A stretch of DNA of 64,000 nucleotides from an uncultured virus (IMG/VR IMGVR_UViG_3300042893_000600) (taxonomy: Duplodnaviria > Heunggongvirae > Uroviricota > Caudoviricetes): IMG/VR virus record IMGVR_UViG_3300042893_000600, positions 1 through 64,000 of that record. One strand, 5' to 3'. The notes under the pieces were generated by a model. The model did not search any database and was not told the DNA's origin. It was given only the letters and a program-made list of their open reading frames with translations. Positions 60,666 through 64,000 of this stretch are shown piece after piece. The first letter of the stretch is position 1. Each line of letters begins with the position of its first letter. The translations under genes and the position numbers were made by a program.

Positions 60666-61778
60666 GATTTCAGAAGGTCTGTCTTTAGTTCTTCGTTGTC
60701 TTATAAAATGGTTACCAGTAGCATCTACACACAAGTTACTTGGTTTGGCAGCATCTGGCGCACCTATACCTAATATAGCAACAGGGTAATTATCTTCGGT
60801 AATGCCATGCTTGCTAGATAACCAGTTAGAAATATTGCTCGGATTATAACATCCGCAAAATCCTGTCTTGTATCCTAGTAATTGTGCGGCAAGTGCTACC
60901 GCGCCTGCACTAATACCCGTATTCAAACTTTGATGTCTTGTTAGTTCTATATCGGTATCGTATTCGAGATCGAACAGTCTATTATAAGTTTCGTCTTTAT
61001 TAGCAGTCCACATAAAAACAACTGGTGCAAGTAACTGTGTGTTATAGTTGTGCTGATTTCTGGAAGTATATGCTGTACCAATCTTTAATACTGGCATCCT
61101 TGGCAATCCGTGATTAATAACATCGATTATAATATTAGTAAGCTGACCAATGTCGGTAGCTTCTGCTGTAATGTTAGGAATTAAAACTTGAGGTTCAGCA
61201 AGCTGAATAGCTGGTATTTTAACATTAACTAAGATATATTCTGTAATCAATCTTTGAATAAATCTATGTGCTTCAAGTTCGGCAATTTTCCTAACTTGTA
61301 AGTTTCCGTAGATATCAAAATACTTTGATACTATGTTACGTGTGTACTTATTAGAATCTAGTTTTAGATCTTTAATGTAAGCTTCTACAACAAATCCAAT
61401 ATCTCTGTAACATTTGTGCGCCTCGTATACAAATCCATCAAACGGCGCACTATTAGTATCTACTTTATGCTTGATCCAAGCAGCACCTTCTCTTTTAATA
61501 AATTCTTTATTTTCTTTTAGTAATCGAACAGCGTTAGGGGCTAAATTCGGCATATTATCCGGAATATAACCTTCACTATGACAAATTTCAAATAATTCTT
61601 CTTTTGCGTCTGCGTCAGTAAATGCGATACATTTAAAGAAGTTAACATTCTGCTTGGTAGGAGTTCCATTAGCTACTTGTAACAGTAAGTTTAAATTTTC
61701 TTCAGATACGCTGTCGCTAATCCAGTTTCTTTGACAAGCATTAATTGATGTTAGGGCTGATAATAGTTCGGTATTCAT
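60654..61778 (-). CDS. Nitroreductase-family flavoprotein with a large central insertion
   Basis: N-terminal CQRNW...PTKQN and C-terminal GISAG..ALAA.LLGYKTGFCGC...ILGIG. Confidence 0.7.
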   Translation of the reverse strand: MNTELLSALTSINACQRNWISDSVSEENLNLLLQVANGTPTKQNVNFFKCIAFTDADAKEELFEICHSEGYIPDNMPNLAPNAVRLLKENKEFIKREGAAWIKHKVDTNSAPFDGFVYEAHKCYRDIGFVVEAYIKDLKLDSNKYTRNIVSKYFDIYGNLQVRKIAELEAHRFIQRLITEYILVNVKIPAIQLAEPQVLIPNITAEATDIGQLTNIIIDVINHGLPRMPVLKIGTAYTSRNQHNYNTQLLAPVVFMWTANKDETYNRLFDLEYDTDIELTRHQSLNTGISAGAVALAAQLLGYKTGFCGCYNPSNISNWLSSKHGITEDNYPVAILGIGAPDAAKPSNLCVDATGNHFIRQRRTKDRPSEILIK

Positions 61779-61779
61779 G

Positions 61780-63036
61780 TTAGATTCCTTCTTTAATATT
61801 TATCATCCACGGAAATACCTGCCGCCAATTTGTATTTCTGCGTTGGTCCATTTTATCTAAGAATATTTTTAATTCTTTGACTTTTTCATAATTTGTAGGA
61901 GTTTCGATAATTTCTTTAAAAATAGCATTTACATAATTGCTGTATTCTGCGTCATTAAACATCTGCCCATTTAATTCTTGTATTTCTCTTATTTTGTCAA
62001 TATATATCTCACCTGGAATATTATGTGGATCTAAAATTTCAGGAGAAATACATTTATTGTAATTTACACTGATTTTTTTACCCTTACATGTGTTGTTCCA
62101 ATGAATGACTTTTTTAATTAATTCTGGAGTACTATGTATCGATAATGCTGACACTGTCCAGTTCATTGTGGGAATAATTTCAGGACATTCGTATATTAAG
62201 TATTCCATATTTTCTGTGAATGTCGCAAGATCCAATCCTGTTCTAATATATTCTGATTCTATCCCCCAGCAGTCAATACTAGCAGTTAGCTCAACAGTAT
62301 TACAAGTTTTTACTAATTGTTTAATTTTTTCCATCTGTTTTTTAAAAAGAGATGGTTTAATTTGCATGTTAGAAAAGATCTCAACATCGAGATCTGGATT
62401 TGGATGTGCAATCATCCAATCTATACAATCGAAAGTTTCTTGTTGAATTAATGGTTCGCCACCTAGTATATGAAATTCTCGTAAATCACAATAATGTTTT
62501 TCCATCCACACATAAAACTCAGCTAACCTTGTTTTATAAGTCACATCATCCATTGCGATAGAATTTAAAAAAGAGTTATTACTAGGCCCGTATTGTTCCT
62601 CTTCCAACACCCACGAACTACTTAAAAATGGCCCACAATATAAGCATTTTAAATTACATTTATTATTGAAATAAATTTCTAACATTGTAGGATTTACTGA
62701 AGTTTGTGTTGGGTTAGTGTACAATTCTTTAGGTACATATTTCTCGTTATACGGTCTGGACAACCAATTTTTTCTATCACTAAAATTACTATATGTTTCT
62801 TGATCCTTACAGCTTTCGCACCCGCGTCCTGGCCACTCGTTTTTTAACATTTTTTCTCTATCTATAATTACTTCGGGCGTATTGTGAAAATTTTCAATAT
62901 TATCTACTTTAACATTTTCTACCCTGTGACAAGAACTAGACGTACTAGTCCATAAGTATAAACTACTCCATGCCCATTTTAATAAACAAGCCTGTTCAGA
63001 TTGGATTGGGAACCATTTTTTAGCATTTTCAGTCAT
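61780..63036 (-). CDS. Radical SAM protein, paralog of 57522-58799
   Basis: CLLKWAWSSL...SCHR...WPGRGCESC, CNLKCLYC, GGEPL, ASIDCWG. Confidence 0.9.
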   Translation of the reverse strand: MTENAKKWFPIQSEQACLLKWAWSSLYLWTSTSSSCHRVENVKVDNIENFHNTPEVIIDREKMLKNEWPGRGCESCKDQETYSNFSDRKNWLSRPYNEKYVPKELYTNPTQTSVNPTMLEIYFNNKCNLKCLYCGPFLSSSWVLEEEQYGPSNNSFLNSIAMDDVTYKTRLAEFYVWMEKHYCDLREFHILGGEPLIQQETFDCIDWMIAHPNPDLDVEIFSNMQIKPSLFKKQMEKIKQLVKTCNTVELTASIDCWGIESEYIRTGLDLATFTENMEYLIYECPEIIPTMNWTVSALSIHSTPELIKKVIHWNNTCKGKKISVNYNKCISPEILDPHNIPGEIYIDKIREIQELNGQMFNDAEYSNYVNAIFKEIIETPTNYEKVKELKIFLDKMDQRRNTNWRQVFPWMINIKEGI

Positions 63037-63040
63037 GAAA

Positions 63041-63070
63041 TATTTATCGATAAAATACAGCGGTTAAATA
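63041..63070. promoter_or_regulatory. Back-to-back late-type TAAATA boxes driving two divergent radical SAM genes
   Basis: Minus TAAATA at 63046-63041 and plus TAAATA at 63065-63070, each 4 nt before an ATG. Confidence 0.7.
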
Positions 63071-63074
63071 TAGT

Positions 63075-64000
63075 ATGAATAAAATATCCAAAACATTTTG
63101 TATTTTACCCTGGGTACATTTAAGTACCCGACCTGATGGTAGTATGAGAGTTTGCTGTACAGCCAATGCTAGTAGCGTTGGCCAGACAAACGATAGAGAA
63201 CACGGCGGCATGGTAGGTGTTCTTAAGACAGACGCCGGCAAACCTAACAACTTAAATGTTAGCGATTTCAAAAGTGCATGGAACAGTTCCTATATGCGAA
63301 ATGTTCGCAAACAAATGCTTAACGGTGAACAGCCTCCTAGTTGTTTAAAATGTTATAAAGAAGAGGCAGCTGGACATAATAGTAAACGTATGTGGGAAAC
63401 TAAGTATTGGAGTCAACGTGTAAGTGTTAATAAGTTAATTGAAGATACTGCAGAAGATGGTAGTGTTCCACCGCAACTTGCCTATATCGATTTACGCTTT
63501 GGAACTAAATGCCAGCTAGCGTGTGTAATGTGTAGTCCTCATGATAGTTCTGGCTGGATTAAAGATTATAAAGCCATCTTTTCTGAAGTAGAAAATGCCA
63601 GTTTAAAACAAACCATGTTATGGACTGACAAAGGCTCTACCAACGGTAGTAGTTATAATTGGCACAAACAAAACCCTGTGTTCTGGCAACAGTTTTATGA
63701 ACAAATTCCTAATATGCAGCAAATTTATTTCGCTGGCGGAGAAAGTTTAATTATTGAAGAACACTACGAAATTCTTGAAGAATGTATTCGTCAAGGTCAC
63801 GCCAAGAACTTAGAGTTACGTTACAACTCAAACGGCGTTGAATGGCGCGATGATCTATTTGACTTATGGAAACATTTTAAACTAGTGAGATTCCATTACA
63901 GTGTAGACAGCATTGGAGAAATGAATGCCTATATTCGTTACCCTAGTATATGGGAACGTACTAAGGAAGTATTTCACATTCTTGATAAGCAAACAGGCAA
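63075..64000 (+). CDS. Radical SAM protein with N-terminal twitch-like domain, paralog of 59352-60665 (runs off the window)
   Basis: Translated by hand: MNKISKTFCILPW...MRVCC...SCLKC...DLRFGTKCQLACVMC...FAGGES...YNSNG. Confidence 0.92.
   Translation, partial: MNKISKTFCILPWVHLSTRPDGSMRVCCTANASSVGQTNDREHGGMVGVLKTDAGKPNNLNVSDFKSAWNSSYMRNVRKQMLNGEQPPSCLKCYKEEAAGHNSKRMWETKYWSQRVSVNKLIEDTAEDGSVPPQLAYIDLRFGTKCQLACVMCSPHDSSGWIKDYKAIFSEVENASLKQTMLWTDKGSTNGSSYNWHKQNPVFWQQFYEQIPNMQQIYFAGGESLIIEEHYEILEECIRQGHAKNLELRYNSNGVEWRDDLFDLWKHFKLVRFHYSVDSIGEMNAYIRYPSIWERTKEVFHILDKQTG

Noticed and set aside
63044..63271. 75-aa minus-strand ORF
   Set aside because: Antisense to the radical SAM gene starting at 63075.
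1..64000. Stop-codon reassignment as seen in some jumbo phages
   Set aside because: Genes are full length and tightly packed under the standard code, including a 14-kb ORF.

Overview
This window comes from a large AT-rich T4-like myovirus, probably a jumbo phage. It has four blocks. (1) 1-8.6 kb, minus strand: a head module (major capsid gp23, scaffold gp22, protease gp21, acidic core protein, portal gp20) and a tape-measure-like gene. (2) 8.7-15.8 kb: a hub/chaperone gene with a probable programmed -1 frameshift, a putative head-packaged membrane protein, a ~450-bp structured non-coding region, and a sigma70-driven operon (late sigma gp55, gp47, gp46, small protein, compact GIY-YIG nuclease). 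(3) 15.9-50 kb, plus strand: a baseplate/tail-fibre module including a 4651-aa wedge protein. (4) 50-64 kb: an enzyme cluster of four glycosyltransferase-like genes, a methyltransferase, an SDR, a nitroreductase and six radical SAM genes, several under late-type TAAATA promoters. The top observations are a candidate ~360-nt pseudoknotted ncRNA directly downstream of the GIY-YIG gene, the late-expressed radical SAM/glycosyltransferase cluster (possible virion modification system), the T_TTT_TTC frameshift, and apparently leaderless late transcripts. All assignments come from motif recognition by eye. No database search was run.
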